DNA of 64,000 nt from assembly GCA_951406725.2 (NCBI GenBank), contig OX597816.1, positions 434,001-498,000 of the forward strand, in the 5' to 3' direction. This DNA comes from Octopus vulgaris (Eukaryota). The notes beneath the pieces were generated by a model. It searched no databases. It worked only from the letters and a program-made list of their open reading frames with translations, and was not told the origin of the DNA. Made by a program: the position numbers and the translations under genes. Below, piece by piece: positions 1 to 12,590 of this stretch; the stretch's first letter is position 1, and every line of letters begins with the position of its first letter.

Positions 1-128
1 TATATACATACATATATATATATACATACATATATATATATACATACATATATATATATACATACATATATATGTATGTATATATATATATAATAATATA
101 TATATATATAAATATATATATAATAATA

Positions 129-173
<45 letters not shown>

Positions 174-214
174 TATATATATATGTATGTATATATGTAT
201 AAATATATATATAC
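1..214. repeat. (TA)n/(TACA)n microsatellite; similar tracts throughout (e.g. 6678, 21108, 36543-36780, 45653-45860)
   Basis: Seen directly in the sequence. Confidence 0.95.
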
Positions 215-2110
215 ATCCGAAAGTGGCCGTAGCCAGTACCGCACCGACTGGCCTCCGTGCTGTGGGCACATGACAAACACCATCCGATCGTGGCCGTTCG
301 CCAGCCTCATCTAGCACCTGTGTCGGTGGCACATAAAAACACCATCCGAAGACCCGGCAAGACTAGTCAGGCCATAACCCATGGCCCCTACCTGGGACGT
401 AGTCAGTCCACCTGTGCATACCTTCCTTCTTGTGACACTTGTGAAGACCTGTTGAGGCAAGTGAAAATCAAAACAAATCAAAATAGATGAACATCAATGG
501 AATCTGTATCTTTGTGGTACCAGTAGCCGGTGGCACACACTTGGTGGTACCAGTGCCGGTGGCACACACTTGGTGGTACCAGTGCCGGTGGCACACACTT
601 GGTGGTACCAGTGCCGGTGGTACCAGTGCCGGTGGCACACAAGAAAACCATCCGAACGTGGCCGTAGCCAGTTCCGCATCGACCGGCCTCCGTGCTGTGG
701 GCACGTAACAAACACCATCCGATCATGGCTGTTCGCCAGCCTCATCTGGCACCTGTGTCGGTGGCACATAAAAACACCTTCCGAAGACCCGGCAAGACTA
801 GTCAGTCCACCTGTACATACCTTCCTTCCTTCTTGTGACACTTGTGAAGACCTGTTGAGGCAAGTGAAAATCAAATCAAATCAAAATAGATGAACATCAA
901 TGGAATTTGTATCTTTGTGGTACCAGTGCCTGTGGCACACAAGAAATCCATCCGAACGTGGCCGTAGTCAGTACCGCATCGACTGGCCATCGTGCTGTGG
1001 GCACATAACAAACACCATCCGATCGTGGCCGTTTGCCAGCCTCATCTAGCACCTGTGTCGGTGGCACATAAAAACACCATCCGAAGACCCGGCAAGACTA
1101 GTCAGGCCATATCCCATGGCCCCTACCTGGGACGTAGTCAGTCCACCTGTGCATACCTTCCTCCTTGTGATACTTGTGAAGGCCTGTTGAGGCAAGTGAA
1201 AATCAAAATGAAATCAAAACAAATCAAATCAAATCAAATCAAAACAAATCAAATCAAATCAAATCAAAACAAATCAAAATAGATGAACATTAATGGAATT
1301 TGTATCTTTGTGGTACCAGTGCCGGTGGCACACAAGAAAACCATCCGAACGTGGCCGTAGCCAGTACAGCACCGACTGGCCTCCGTGCTGTGGGCACGTA
1401 ACAAACACCATCCGATCGTGGCCGTTCGCCAGCCTCATCTGGCACCTGTGTCGGTGGCACATAAAAACACCATCCGAAGACCCGGCAAGACTAGTCAGGC
1501 CATAACCTGTGGCCCCTACCTGGGACGTAGTCAGTCCACCTGTGCATACCTTCCTTCTTGTGACACTTGTGAAGACCTGTTGAGGCAAGTGAAAATCAAA
1601 TCAAAACAAATCAAAATAGATGAACATCAATGGAATTTGTATCTTTGTGGTACCAGTGCCAGTGGCACGTGGCACACAAGAAAACCATCCGAACGTGGCC
1701 GTAGCCAGTACCGCGTCGACTGGCCTCCGTGCTGTGGGCACGTAACAAACACCATCCGATCGTGGCCGTTTGCCAGCCTCATCTGGCACCTGTGTCGGTG
1801 GCACATAAAAACACCATCCGAGCGTGGCCGTCTGCCAGCCTCGTCTGGCACCTGTGTCGGTGGCACATAAAAAACACCATCCGAGCGTGGCCGTTTGCCA
1901 GCCTCGTCTGGCACCTGTGTCGGTGGCACATAAAATCACCCACTACACTCTCGGAGTGGTTGGCGTTAGGAAGGGCATCCAGCTGTAGAAACACTGCCAG
2001 ATCTGACTGGACTGGTGCAGCTTTCGGGCTCCCCAGACCCCAGTTGAACCGTCCAACCCATGCTAGCATGGAAAGCGGACGTTAAATGATGATGATGATG
2101 ACGATGATGA
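215..2110 (+). mobile_element. Tandemly iterated RTE-LINE 3' UTR module (about 4-5 units) ending in (GAT)n
   Basis: Block GAAGACCCGGCAAGACTAGTCAG...GTTGAGGCAAGTGAAAATCAAA recurs at about 348, 783, 1083 and 1476. It is homologous to the RTE ORF end and 3' UTR at 20580-20997. Confidence 0.8.
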
Positions 2111-2136
2111 TGTGTATATATATATATATGTATGTA

Positions 2137-2176
<40 letters not shown>

Positions 2177-2181
<5 letters not shown>

Positions 2182-2375
2182 TCATCATCATCATTTAACG
2201 TCCGCTTTCTGTGCTAGCATGGGTTGGACGGTTCGACTGGGTCTGGGAAGCCAGGAGGCTGCACCAGGCTCCAGTCTGATCTGGCAGTGTTTCTACAGCT
2301 TGATGCCCTTCCTAACGCCAACCACTCCATGAGTGTAGTGGGTGCTTTTACGTGCCAGGAGAGGCTGGCAGCCAA
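2177..2375 (-). mobile_element. RTE 3' end / RTE-derived short repeat
   Basis: (CAT)n followed by TTTAACGTCCGCTTTC...GATGCCCTTCCTAACGCCAACCACTCC. Further copies at about 7677, 14533, 22222, 29118, 31880-32540, 33335, 35525, 37940, 43457, 45870, 47825, 53615-54300, 57090 and 62450. Confidence 0.8.
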
Positions 2376-2799
2376 GTCTGCATTTACCTATATCTGAGCA
2401 TGTCTAGAATAAGGATGCACTTTTATCGATTTGACTACTCGCATGAGTATATAAAAAAAAAAAGCGGACTTGTGTATCGATTGAATGTTTTTGTCGCAGT
2501 CATCGAGATGGTTGTCATGCGGGCTAAAAATAGCAGCCAAATAGGCATAAAGTCCCGCGTATAGAATTCAAATTTGCCAAAATTTTCTGAAAACTCCGGA
2601 AAATAAAAAAAAAAGTTATGTCGTGCGTAATTCTGTGGTTTCATATCAAAATACAAGGATGTTGACAAAATGTGCAGTCACGCACAAAATGATAGTTTTG
2701 AATTCGTGTTTCTTGACTGGGTGAAAATGATCAAATTTTAATTGCTCCAGTAAAGACGTGTCATCTGACTCTGCTCTATCGATGACTTCTTCTCTTTGG

Positions 2800-4418
2800 G
2801 AAGACCATACTGCCTTTCAGACGCCATCCAGTGAAATTCATTTTCACTTTACTGATGCCTCAAGTCAAGAACATTTCTCGACAGTGCAGTAGTGATTATT
2901 TATCGTTTGGATTTATTCCCTCCTCAAAACTGCCCGTTACCAATGTGTCTTCTTTGCCATCAAACATTGACCAACGAAGCCTTCATGCTTGAAGTTATTA
3001 CTTTGATGCAAAGCATTCTGGCAAGAAGGACAAGCCGTTAGCATACTTTTTGCAACTGAGCTCCTCTTTCAAAAAGCAAATCCAAACATTCAACACGCTA
3101 CTCTAGGAAACAGGAGAATGACGGGTTGATTGCATTGTACAACATTGCATTGCTTGTTGCTAAGCCTGGGAAGTCTCACACAATTGGAGAAACATTACTT
3201 CGCCCAGTTATCATCGAAGAGGTTTATCAACCGTTATACACGAAAAACATGATAACATTATGAAGAAGATCCCACTTGGCAATAACAATATCTCGACGCA
3301 TCGATGAAAAGGGCCAACGACGTCAAACATCAGCTCATTAATGTTCTGAACTTTCTATACAAGTGGATGAATCAACTGTTGATGATGGTGTGTGTTCGGT
3401 ATTTCAGTGAAGACTTTCAACCTTGTCAGGAAATGCTGTTCACTGAGAAATTGCCACTTAATTCAAAAGGTGCAACTATTTTTCACACTTTCAAGTCTTT
3501 CCTTTTTGAACATAATATCTCACTCAGTAATATTCTTGCCTGTGCGTCTGATGGAACCCCTTCGATGATAGAAAGACAGATTTTTCCATCCCTCGTAAAG
3601 CGTGAAATTTCCCACCAGACACTAACTGTTCACTGCTTGGCACACCGGCAGCATTTAGTGGCAAAAAATATGAACAGCAGATTGAATGATGTGCTACAGT
3701 TATCTATGAAGACTGTGAACAAATTGAAGTCCACTCCCTTGTCTGATCGAATTTTCCGTCAACTCTGTCTGATAAATGATGAGGACTATAATAAACTCTT
3801 ATACCATATCGAAGTGCGGTGGCTGTCAAAAGGAAACTGTGCTTTATGCTTTGTTGAACTGTTTTACATATCTTTTTCTTTGAAAATACTCCACTATCCA
3901 CTTCATTAGACTGGATGTAATACAACAACAAGACTTGTGGCTAAAGTTGACAAGTTTGAAATCAAATGTATCTGCACTAGCTACTTTACACCAGACACAT
4001 GGTTCTCATTAAAAAGTTGTATTCTTTTCCTTAATGATAAAATCATTCATTATTTTTGCATCGGTAGTTCTGATGAATGGTTCATTTGGGGAAAATGAAA
4101 ATCAGTGCAAAAGAAAGCGCAAGTTTCCAGAAGTTAATTTGGCAGCATAATATAGAGTTAACGTTAGACTTTTATTTACACTAATGGCTAAACTAAACCC
4201 ACGATAAAGGATTTGTAAACAACCGCATATTTAGTTCAAACGGCACTAACAGGGCAACGAGTCTACGATATAGTATGTGTGTCAAATGATACAGGGGTGG
4301 GGGTTTCCTAAGGGATTTAATGTTAGGCAGGGTTGTGTCAGGGTTTTTTTAAACAGGTGAACGATGGAGCATTTTTGTGCAATATTGCAATTTGGTGCAA
4401 AAAGTTTGGGAAACACTG
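2800..4418 (+). mobile_element. hAT (Buster-group, ZBED5/8/SCAND3-like) transposase relic
   Basis: DEST, ACASDGTPSM, VHCLAHRQHL and EVRWLSKG motifs with frameshifts. 3' terminus AAAGTTTGGGAAACACTG is followed by TGCTAGAG (nnnTAnnn, Buster-type target). Confidence 0.85.
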
Positions 4419-5584
4419 TGCTAGAGTGTTACACACCATGCAGTTAAAGAGAAGAGATTATTGAAATTAGCCATTACTCATTTTACTCCATTCTAAACAT
4501 TTTTTTAAACTTCAAAATTATCAAATTAGGCATTAATGTGGAAAAAAAATTGACTTGGAAACCAACAGAGAAAAGATCACTAATAAAATATCTGGAAAAT
4601 TTTTGGTATTTAACAAACTCAATTAATATAAGGTCAGAGTTGAGGAGAAATTTCTCGAAAAAAGAGGACTTGCCGCCTGACTATATTTTAGACTCCTTCA
4701 ACTTCAACAACAACTATGCTGACCAATTTTCACTTCTATGTATAATGTAGTAATGCAAAATGATGATGCAATACTTACAATGTAATGGTTTCAAACAGGG
4801 AGATTGACAAGAAGATATCAAAAGTGACTCATTTTGCCTTGGTTACTCATTTTGCTCCCCACCTTCTCTTTTTCTCATACACACACACACACATATATAT
4901 ATATCATCAATTTATCATCCATGCTGGCATAGGTTGATAGGAGCTGATGTGTCCGAGGACAGCATCAAGCTCCGATGTCTGCTTCTGGGTTTTACAACTA
5001 ATCCCTTTACAGCATGGACTAGGAGCTTTTTTCTTTTGTGTCAGCTGCACTGTCAAGGTTGCCATGCAATTCCCAAGACTATAAACCCTGGAGTAGGTGG
5101 AGGGTTAGCTTCATACTAAGGAATGGTGGTGGTGATGGGTGGGGCAGAGCAGGTTGCTGCGGAGGGATTTGCATGGCTGCACACATCTAGAATGCAGAAA
5201 AGAGAAAATGATCAGTGGGAAATACAAGAGATAGATAATGGGGATAAGGGGCTTAGGTGCTCCACAAGGCAGAAGTGGGTGGAGGGGAGGAGGTATGTAA
5301 GATTGTATAAAAGAGGGTTGGAAAAGGTAGATTGTCAAATTTGGTGAGGTTATAGGGAGGATGAGACTAGAGGGATGCAGAAGAGTTGGGGGAGGGGGAG
5401 CAAGAAGTAGGAGTATCAGAAAGGATACAATTGCTGAGGAGGGGAGGGGAAGAGAGGAGGAAGGTAAGAGATAAACGTGCTACATGAGAGGAAGGGGCCA
5501 CAATAACAGTTGGAGAACCCAAACTATAGCACTTCCAGAACTCAGTCTTGCTGAGGAGGGTATGCCTTTTTGAGAACCTTATAT

Positions 5585-6677
5585 CACTGTTTCATCCAAG
5601 TCCTTTGTTCTCATCCATCAGGCTCAGGGTTCTCAGGTCAGCTTTCACTTCTTTCTCTATCTTCTTGAGTCTTCCTTTCTGTTGCTTCCAGCTATATTGA
5701 GCAAATGGCACTTCTTTAGACAGCTGTCTGCATTCATATACATCACATGACCATACCGTCTCAGCCTTATTTCTTGAAAACAGCATCTGATTCCTTTTAT
5801 ATGCAGTTTTTCACACAGCATCTTTGTACAATGTTTTTCATGCACCCTCACATTGCACATCCAACAGAGCATGCTCACTTTCTTTCTTTCCAATCTTTAC
5901 AAGCCCCATGTCTCACTACCATGCAACACTGCACTTCTAACTCAAGCATCAAACAATCTGCCCTTCACTCTTGGGGAAATGATTTTTGTTATTAGCTGTG
6001 GTAGTTGCTACCTGAACTTTCCCCAACCACTTCTTATTCGAGCAATTATACTGTCAGATCAACCAGCCTCCCTTGCTAGTTACATCTCATAGGTAACAAA
6101 GGCTATCAACCACTTCTAATGAGCCATCCAGGGATTTAAGAAATTCATTTTCAGGTATGCTTGTACATACTGCTCCAGTGTATCTATCACATAAGAAGTT
6201 TACCTTCTTAGATAGTCTGCCTGTGATTCTTGTGTGTCCATAGTTTACATCAAGAACAATGTGACACTTTTCTACATACAGAACAAGGTTATTTCCCCAA
6301 AGAAACTAAAGTCCAGATATTTTTCCTACTAACTACATCCTCAGCCTTTGACAGGTTTAAGGCCCCTCAATTCTAGGTTTAGCTGCTATGCCTGGAATTT
6401 CTTCACAGATTACCCAATAGATTCAGCTGAGGACTAGATCATCAGCATATGAGTTCCCAGGAATTACAACCGTGTTTCGTGGTCTGCTACCACAACAGCT
6501 CCTTTATAGGATCCAGTTAGCTCAAGACATCATCAGGAGGAACCACAAACAGCCAGTCTTAAACTCTTCAGTAATGGTTTGAAAAACTATGATGAATAGG
6601 ATAAGATTGACAACCAAGCCTTGAGGCACTCCTACTTTCACACTAAATTCACCAAAGTCATTGCCAACATGCACTTT

Positions 6678-6680
<3 letters not shown>
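5585..6680 (-). mobile_element. Degenerate RTE LINE (RT C-terminal part)
   Basis: VGVPQG..LFII..ITEEFKTG, MLCWMCNV and LRRYGHV remnants homologous to 19600-20600. Confidence 0.75.
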
Positions 6681-6743
<63 letters not shown>

Positions 6744-7081
6744 TATATATGTATATATGGCTTTAATTGGTACAATCATGGTTGTTATTATTATTATTAT
6801 TAATATTAATTTTATTGACTTTTTTTGTGTGGTTACACATTTTAATAGACTGGACTGTTAAATATATATGCCTGCTTTAAATGTGAGTGTACATGTATTT
6901 CCTTGATGTTGGTTATAGAACTATGAGTTCAATATAGAACATTATTGTGTTTGTTAATGTATATTGACCTATATTGTTTATATTGTATTATTGTGTATAT
7001 ATATATATGTGTAGAAATATGAGTGTCTATACACACATATTTATATTTCTATGTAAATTTTTTTCATACTTACATTAAATT

Positions 7082-7190
7082 CTTTGAAGAGGCCGTGAGA
7101 CATTCTTGTTAATGTCTCATTTATACCTGCTTTATATAGCTAATAGGTTAAATGGGACATACCTGTCTTCACGGCCGAAACAGCTGTCAG
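7082..7190 (+). ncRNA. Penelope-type hammerhead ribozyme motif (C3U core variant)
   Basis: UUGAAGA - stem II GGCCGUGAGACA/UGUCUUCACGGCC with a long loop - GAAA - palindromic CAGCUG - UC; stem I only about 2 bp. Confidence 0.5.
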
Positions 7191-7354
7191 CTACAATATA
7201 AATGTATTTTCTATTTCTATTTCTATGTCTTGTTATATTTGTAATATATTATGTATAATATAACTGCTGTTGTGTAATGGTTTAATAAAGTATTGATTGG
7301 GTATTATCTGATGGTTGATGATTGATTTAGGTATATTTCTCCATTTTCTCATTT

Positions 7355-7401
<47 letters not shown>

Positions 7402-7601
7402 TCAATTTTGGGGGATTAATTGATATGTGGGTATTATATTTCAGATAATACAAAAATAACCTAATGTGTATATCCTACAGTAAGCCCATGGTATCAGTTT
7501 GCACACCACAAAATAATACTACTTAAAGGATATAACCAAAATTACCAGTAGGGTATATAATATACTTCATTAATTATATCTTATATTTATTAAATATGAA
7601 G

Positions 7602-7918
7602 GAACTACATGTGTTTCAGTATTGGAAGATTAAAATATATATACATATACACAACTGTATACCCATATATATACATATCATCATCATCATCGTTTAACGT
7701 CCATTTTCCATGCTAGCATGGGTTGGATGGTTTGACCGGGGTCTGGGAAGCCAGGAGGCTGCACCAGGCTCCAGACTGATCTGACAGTGTTTCTACAGCT
7801 GGATGCCCTTCCTAACGCCAACCACTCTATGAGTGTAGTGAGTGCTTTTTACGTGCCAGGGTAGGCTGGCAGCGGCCACGATCGGTTGGTGCTTTTTTTC
7901 CAACACATCTTCAGGTTC
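7602..7918 (-). ncRNA. Hammerhead ribozyme motif interrupted in loop II by an RTE 3'-end insertion
   Basis: Minus strand: GAAC-CUGAAGA-uGUGUUGG [about 270-nt insert] CCAAUACu-GAAA-CACAUG-UA-GUUC. Confidence 0.55.
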
Positions 7919-8920
7919 TATTTCAAAATATTAATATCTAATTTTACATCCCTTTAAAAATAAGCAATACAATAAAGCATTAAAGATTAAAAATTAAGAA
8001 TAAAAATTATACTTTTTAATATTAAGAATTAAAATTTATAAATTATACATTATAAATATGAATTAGTATATATATCTTAGTATATATATCAATCATGTAA
8101 TATCAAGTATATGTCAAATACAGAATGTGAGATATAACATTTTATATATACACATACATACATACATATATACATACATACAAACACACACACACACACA
8201 ATATATATATGTGTGTGTATATATACATACACACACACATACACTGGGTGTAGGATGCAAGAGATGAGAAGCAGTTCCTTCCCTTTGGAGGCTGACCAGA
8301 ATCCCTCTTCAGCACCCACTCTACATCTAGCTCATGGAGAGCTTCACAGATGTTGCAGTGGGCAGCTGAGCTACTCGAGTGAACTAAAGGGCTGCGTTTG
8401 ATGTTTAAGCACACAAAGCCTGAAATGGCAGACACTGCAGAAGAAGCAAACACATCAATGGACTTGAAGTCATGTCAGTGGGGTATGTGACATGCCATAA
8501 GACTGGATATGTCAAAGCTGAAAAGGTGATGGTCAGTGATTGCAAAAGGGACTGGGGTCTCAGTCCATATTAACCCACAGCCAATGATGATCCAGGTAGA
8601 AGCAACCAGTAAAGTAACTGAAGAGTCTTGGTAAGCTGACCCCTGGACACATTGAGGGCACCTGAATAATGTGTGGGAGCATGAAAGGGTGTGTCTCACT
8701 CACTTGTCATTATGTGATAGTTGTAAATGAGTGTCACTGTCATACAAGCGGTATCATTCTGCAAATGACCATGGGGAAATATTACCTTGTTTGGAAATAT
8801 GTGGAGATTGTGACAGGAAGAGCATCCAGCTGTATAAAATCTACCTCAATAAACTCCACCTGACTCCTACAAGCATGGACATTAAAAAAGATAATGATTA
8901 TGTGTATGTGCACGTACACG

Positions 8921-8978
<58 letters not shown>

Positions 8979-9125
8979 ACACACACATTGATCGAGATGT
9001 CCCTTTTAAATGACAAAAATACTTTCGCAAAAAAAAGATGGAGAGACAATTTATAGAACATTATTATCAAAATCTATGTTCTAACAGGATTAAACATTGT
9101 AACAAAAAGAAATAAAATCACTTAC

Positions 9126-9670
9126 CATGATAGTTATATCCAAATTTATTAATGCCTCTACGGTCAAAGCCCCTGGAATTGTAACCAAACTGATCATAAC
9201 CAGATCTACTTATGATTTTCACATGAATATTAGGATTTTTCTCAACAGCACTTAACTCTGACACATGCAAATGAGCAGTTTTGTTGCATGGTCGACCCTT
9301 TCCTGGAGGACTGTAAGTCACACAGAGGTCATTTTCTAGATCAAGAACATCCAATGGTGCCGTATTGAATGGAACCATTGGAATATTTCCATAGGCTGCT
9401 GGGAATTTAAATTTGTTGTGGCCCATTTTCTGCCAGGTGGCATATAATCTGTCAATGTAGGTTTGAATGATGTAGAAGAGAGGGTCGTAAGCCATTGCGG
9501 TCGTTGACATATCACCACCAACAAAGGAATGGATATACGCTGCAAATGTCTCCAGAAGTTCACTCATTTCAATGAAATCTGTTTTACTGATGGCAGCAGC
9601 AACATCAAGCATTGTTGGGACCTCAACAATATGGCTGAAATTCCTTTTCAGGCATGGTTTCCAAGCATTA
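9126..9670 (-). CDS. Exon: tyrosinase-fold CuB half (degenerate His ligands) and start of G-[YFI]-[DN]-x-x repeats
   Basis: tttttaacag|T ... CAT G|gtaagt. IHSFVGGDM...YDPLF...IDRLYATWQ, LCVTY, then GYDQFGYNSRGFDRRGINKFGYNYHG. No stop codon, so the gene continues downstream. Confidence 0.92.
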
Positions 9671-10286
9671 CTGTTAAAAAAAAAGAACAATTAATAATAT
9701 AAAGGAGCCTGAGAAGTATTAATTGCCCTTAATTAAATCCCATTTTAATCAAATCTTAAATTATTCTTTTTTATGTTGACCACACTTTTTAAAATCTTAA
9801 GTCTTAACAAAGCAAAAAATAGGTTCATTCAAGCTTAATTTTAAGATTAGTGGTCATTATCATGTTAATCTTAAGATCTCAAGTAAATGTTTTCCATTCG
9901 AATATAATAAAGATAGGATTTTTGAGAAGTAAAATGATGTTTATATTCAAATGGATGCAGTTTTGTGGCAATAGTGCTTAAAAGAAGATTACTCTGTGTA
10001 CACACAGAAACACACACACACAGCACATTCAGGAAAGATATACAATACTAGAAACCAAGCCCCAAACACAAGCTACATGAGAAGCTTGGTCTTTTGACCC
10101 ATGTAGCAGGACAAAATCTTCAAATAAGAACAGACACAGACCATGGTGACACATTCAAGTGATGCCAGCATGGAAAACAAACAGAAAATAATGATGATGA
10201 CTGTGGGAAATACTGATTAATTGTTCCTATAATTAATTAAAATTCCTTTTTAAGAGTAACATGCAAAAACAACATTAAATAGTCAC

Positions 10287-10649
10287 CTGTCACCAAAAGC
10301 ATGATCTGGAACACACCATCCCCATCCATCTCCTCCAAAGAAATTGGGCTGCCAGATGATGGCTTCTGAGAAGTTAGCAGCATCAGTTGTGAAATCAAAA
10401 TATGGTAAGGTAACGTGGCAGTCTATCTCTTTCAGTTGCAATTCAACAAGCTGCAAAAACTGGCGATGCCATGGAAGATAGAATGCCCCACCATGTGAAT
10501 GCATGTGATGAACCATGTAGAGGTCTCTGTATTTATTCCAGATATTGTCTATTCCTGACAAACGAAGCTGGGAAATAGCCTGCTGCAGTTTGGTCATCTC
10601 TTCCCAGGTGAAATCTCGAATTTCTTTGCGAAGAATTAAGTCAGAACAT
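10287..10649 (-). CDS. Exon: tyrosinase/hemocyanin (type-3 copper fold) domain, CuA half
   Basis: ttttcctag|A TGT ... GAC AG|gtgact. Motifs RKEIRD, HGGAFYLPWHR, LPYFDFT and FFGGDG are hallmarks of the tyrosinase domain. Confidence 0.92.
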
Positions 10650-11289
10650 CTAGGAAAATATAAGCAAGTTCCAATGAGATGAAGAATTTTACAGACGGTA
10701 ATAATGGTTTCAAGCTTTGGCACAAGGCCGGCAGCTTTGTGGGGAGGAGTCTGTCAATTACACCAAGTAATTGACTGGTACTATTTTATAGACCCTGAAA
10801 CATCTACAAGTCTTGAACTCAAACTAATAACATATTCACAAATGAATAAACGAGATTCAAATTAATTCTTTTTTAATTTTCTTTTGACAATTTTCTTCAA
10901 ATTTTCCAGAACAATATTATAAATTCATTAAAAAGTTTTTATATTTAATTCCAGTTTCTAATTAGTATATATATCATCTATCACATTTTTTTAAAGTCTT
11001 GTTACCATATTTCTCTTTAGATACACTGCTTTGTTTCATTTCATTTTGAAAATAATGAAAAAGCTAATTTTGTTATTATTAGTGTTTGGAGTATAAATTA
11101 GTGTGACATTTTGAAAGATGGTTTTAATTTAGAGCAATTTAAACAGGAAGTTTGTATCATAGAACCAGGAGTAGTCTCAGGTCGGTTAATAACAAAAGAG
11201 TTAACATATTTGTATTCTTCGAAATACCAATTGCCATATTTAGTAATGTACACTACTTAAATGTTCTTTTATTCTTAATATTTTGATAT

Positions 11290-11680
11290 AAGGTGGAGAG
11301 CTGGCATTTTGTCTGTCTTTACATTCTGAGTTCAAATCCTGCCAAAGTCAACTTTGCCTTTCATCCTTTCAGGGGTCATTAAAATATAATCAAGTTTCCC
11401 CCTCCTCCAAAATTTCAAGCCCTGTGCCTATCATGGAAAGAATTATTGATATTTTGATATGAATAAGGCAGTGAGTTGGCAGAATTGTTAGCAGACTGAA
11501 TGCTTAGCAGCCTTTTGTCCGTCTTCATGTTGTGAGTTCAAATTCTGTTGGGGTTGACTTTGCCTGTCATCTTTTCAGGGTCAATGAAATAAGAATCAGC
11601 TGAACACTGGGGTTGATTTAATCAACTCAGCCCCTTCCTCCAAACTCGCTGGCCTTGTGCCAAAATTCGAATCCAATATT
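11290..11680 (+). mobile_element. Two adjacent tRNA-derived SINE copies
   Basis: A-box-like GAGCTGGCA/GAGTTGGCAG and B-box GAGTTCAAATCC/GAGTTCAAATTC, followed by the shared body GTCAACTTTGCCTTTCATCCTTTCAGGGGTC. Related copies at about 10705-10800, 37600-37720 and 51190-51400. Confidence 0.65.
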
Positions 11681-12590
11681 TTGAGAGGAATATTCTTCTA
11701 ATATAGAATATCTATTACAAATGACAAGTAATTGTAATTATTATATTGTGAAAAATAAGGAATTATACTATTTTTATTACCTGCAGGAAATATCAAATTT
11801 GTATGTCAAGCCAAGTAAAACCATGGCCATGCATACATACAGGCATATCCTTTACGGCCATGCCCCACCTCCCTCACAATCCGTTTACCCAACCTCCATC
11901 CCACCACCCACTACAGTCCCCTCCATTAACCCTCATATACCTTACGTGCACACTCTCTATGCCCTCACATATCTACTACACACCCACCCACCCCAGCCAC
12001 TCGCTACAGCTCCCTCTTCCCCTACCCTCATACTCTTATGGAACATCCCCTTCTATCCCGTCTGTACCACTTATGCTCCCCACCACTGTTCCACCATCTC
12101 TCTCTCACTTTATCTTCTTCCTCTCCTTTCTTATCCCACTCAGGTAACCAAGTAACCCTATACTAACCCATCTCTATCCCTCCCTTATACTTTAACCTCT
12201 CAGCTGACACAAAGCCACCTCCCTTGGTTCCACTCCCTCTTCCAATTGAGAGGTCATTATCCTGCAAGTTACTTGGTGATTCCACTTACATTGGTGCCAT
12301 GTAAAAAGCACTGATGGTTGGCACTGGTGGGTAGCATGGGAAAGGGTATCCAGCCATAGAAACCATACCAAAGCAGACAATGGGTGCAGCTCTTCAGCTT
12401 GCCTCACTCCTCTCAAACCATTCAACCCATACCACTATGAAAGATGGACATTAAATGATGATGATGTAAGTAATATTTTATAAAAAAAACAATAAGTGCT
12501 ATTTATTTTCTGCTAGCTAATGACTGTAAAATTTATGTTTATTCTTGTTTTCAAACATCATTTAATTATAAACTGTACCTGGCCACTTAC

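Noticed and set aside
257-2085. Many overlapping Cys/His/Trp-rich ORFs (CHRHWYH, VPPALVPP)
   Set aside because: Translations of the non-coding RTE 3' UTR repeat; the same peptides recur at every copy in the window.
11721-12155. Pro/Thr/His-rich 144-aa ORF
   Set aside because: Pyrimidine-rich low-complexity flank of an old retroelement, antisense to the host gene; no splice or domain support.
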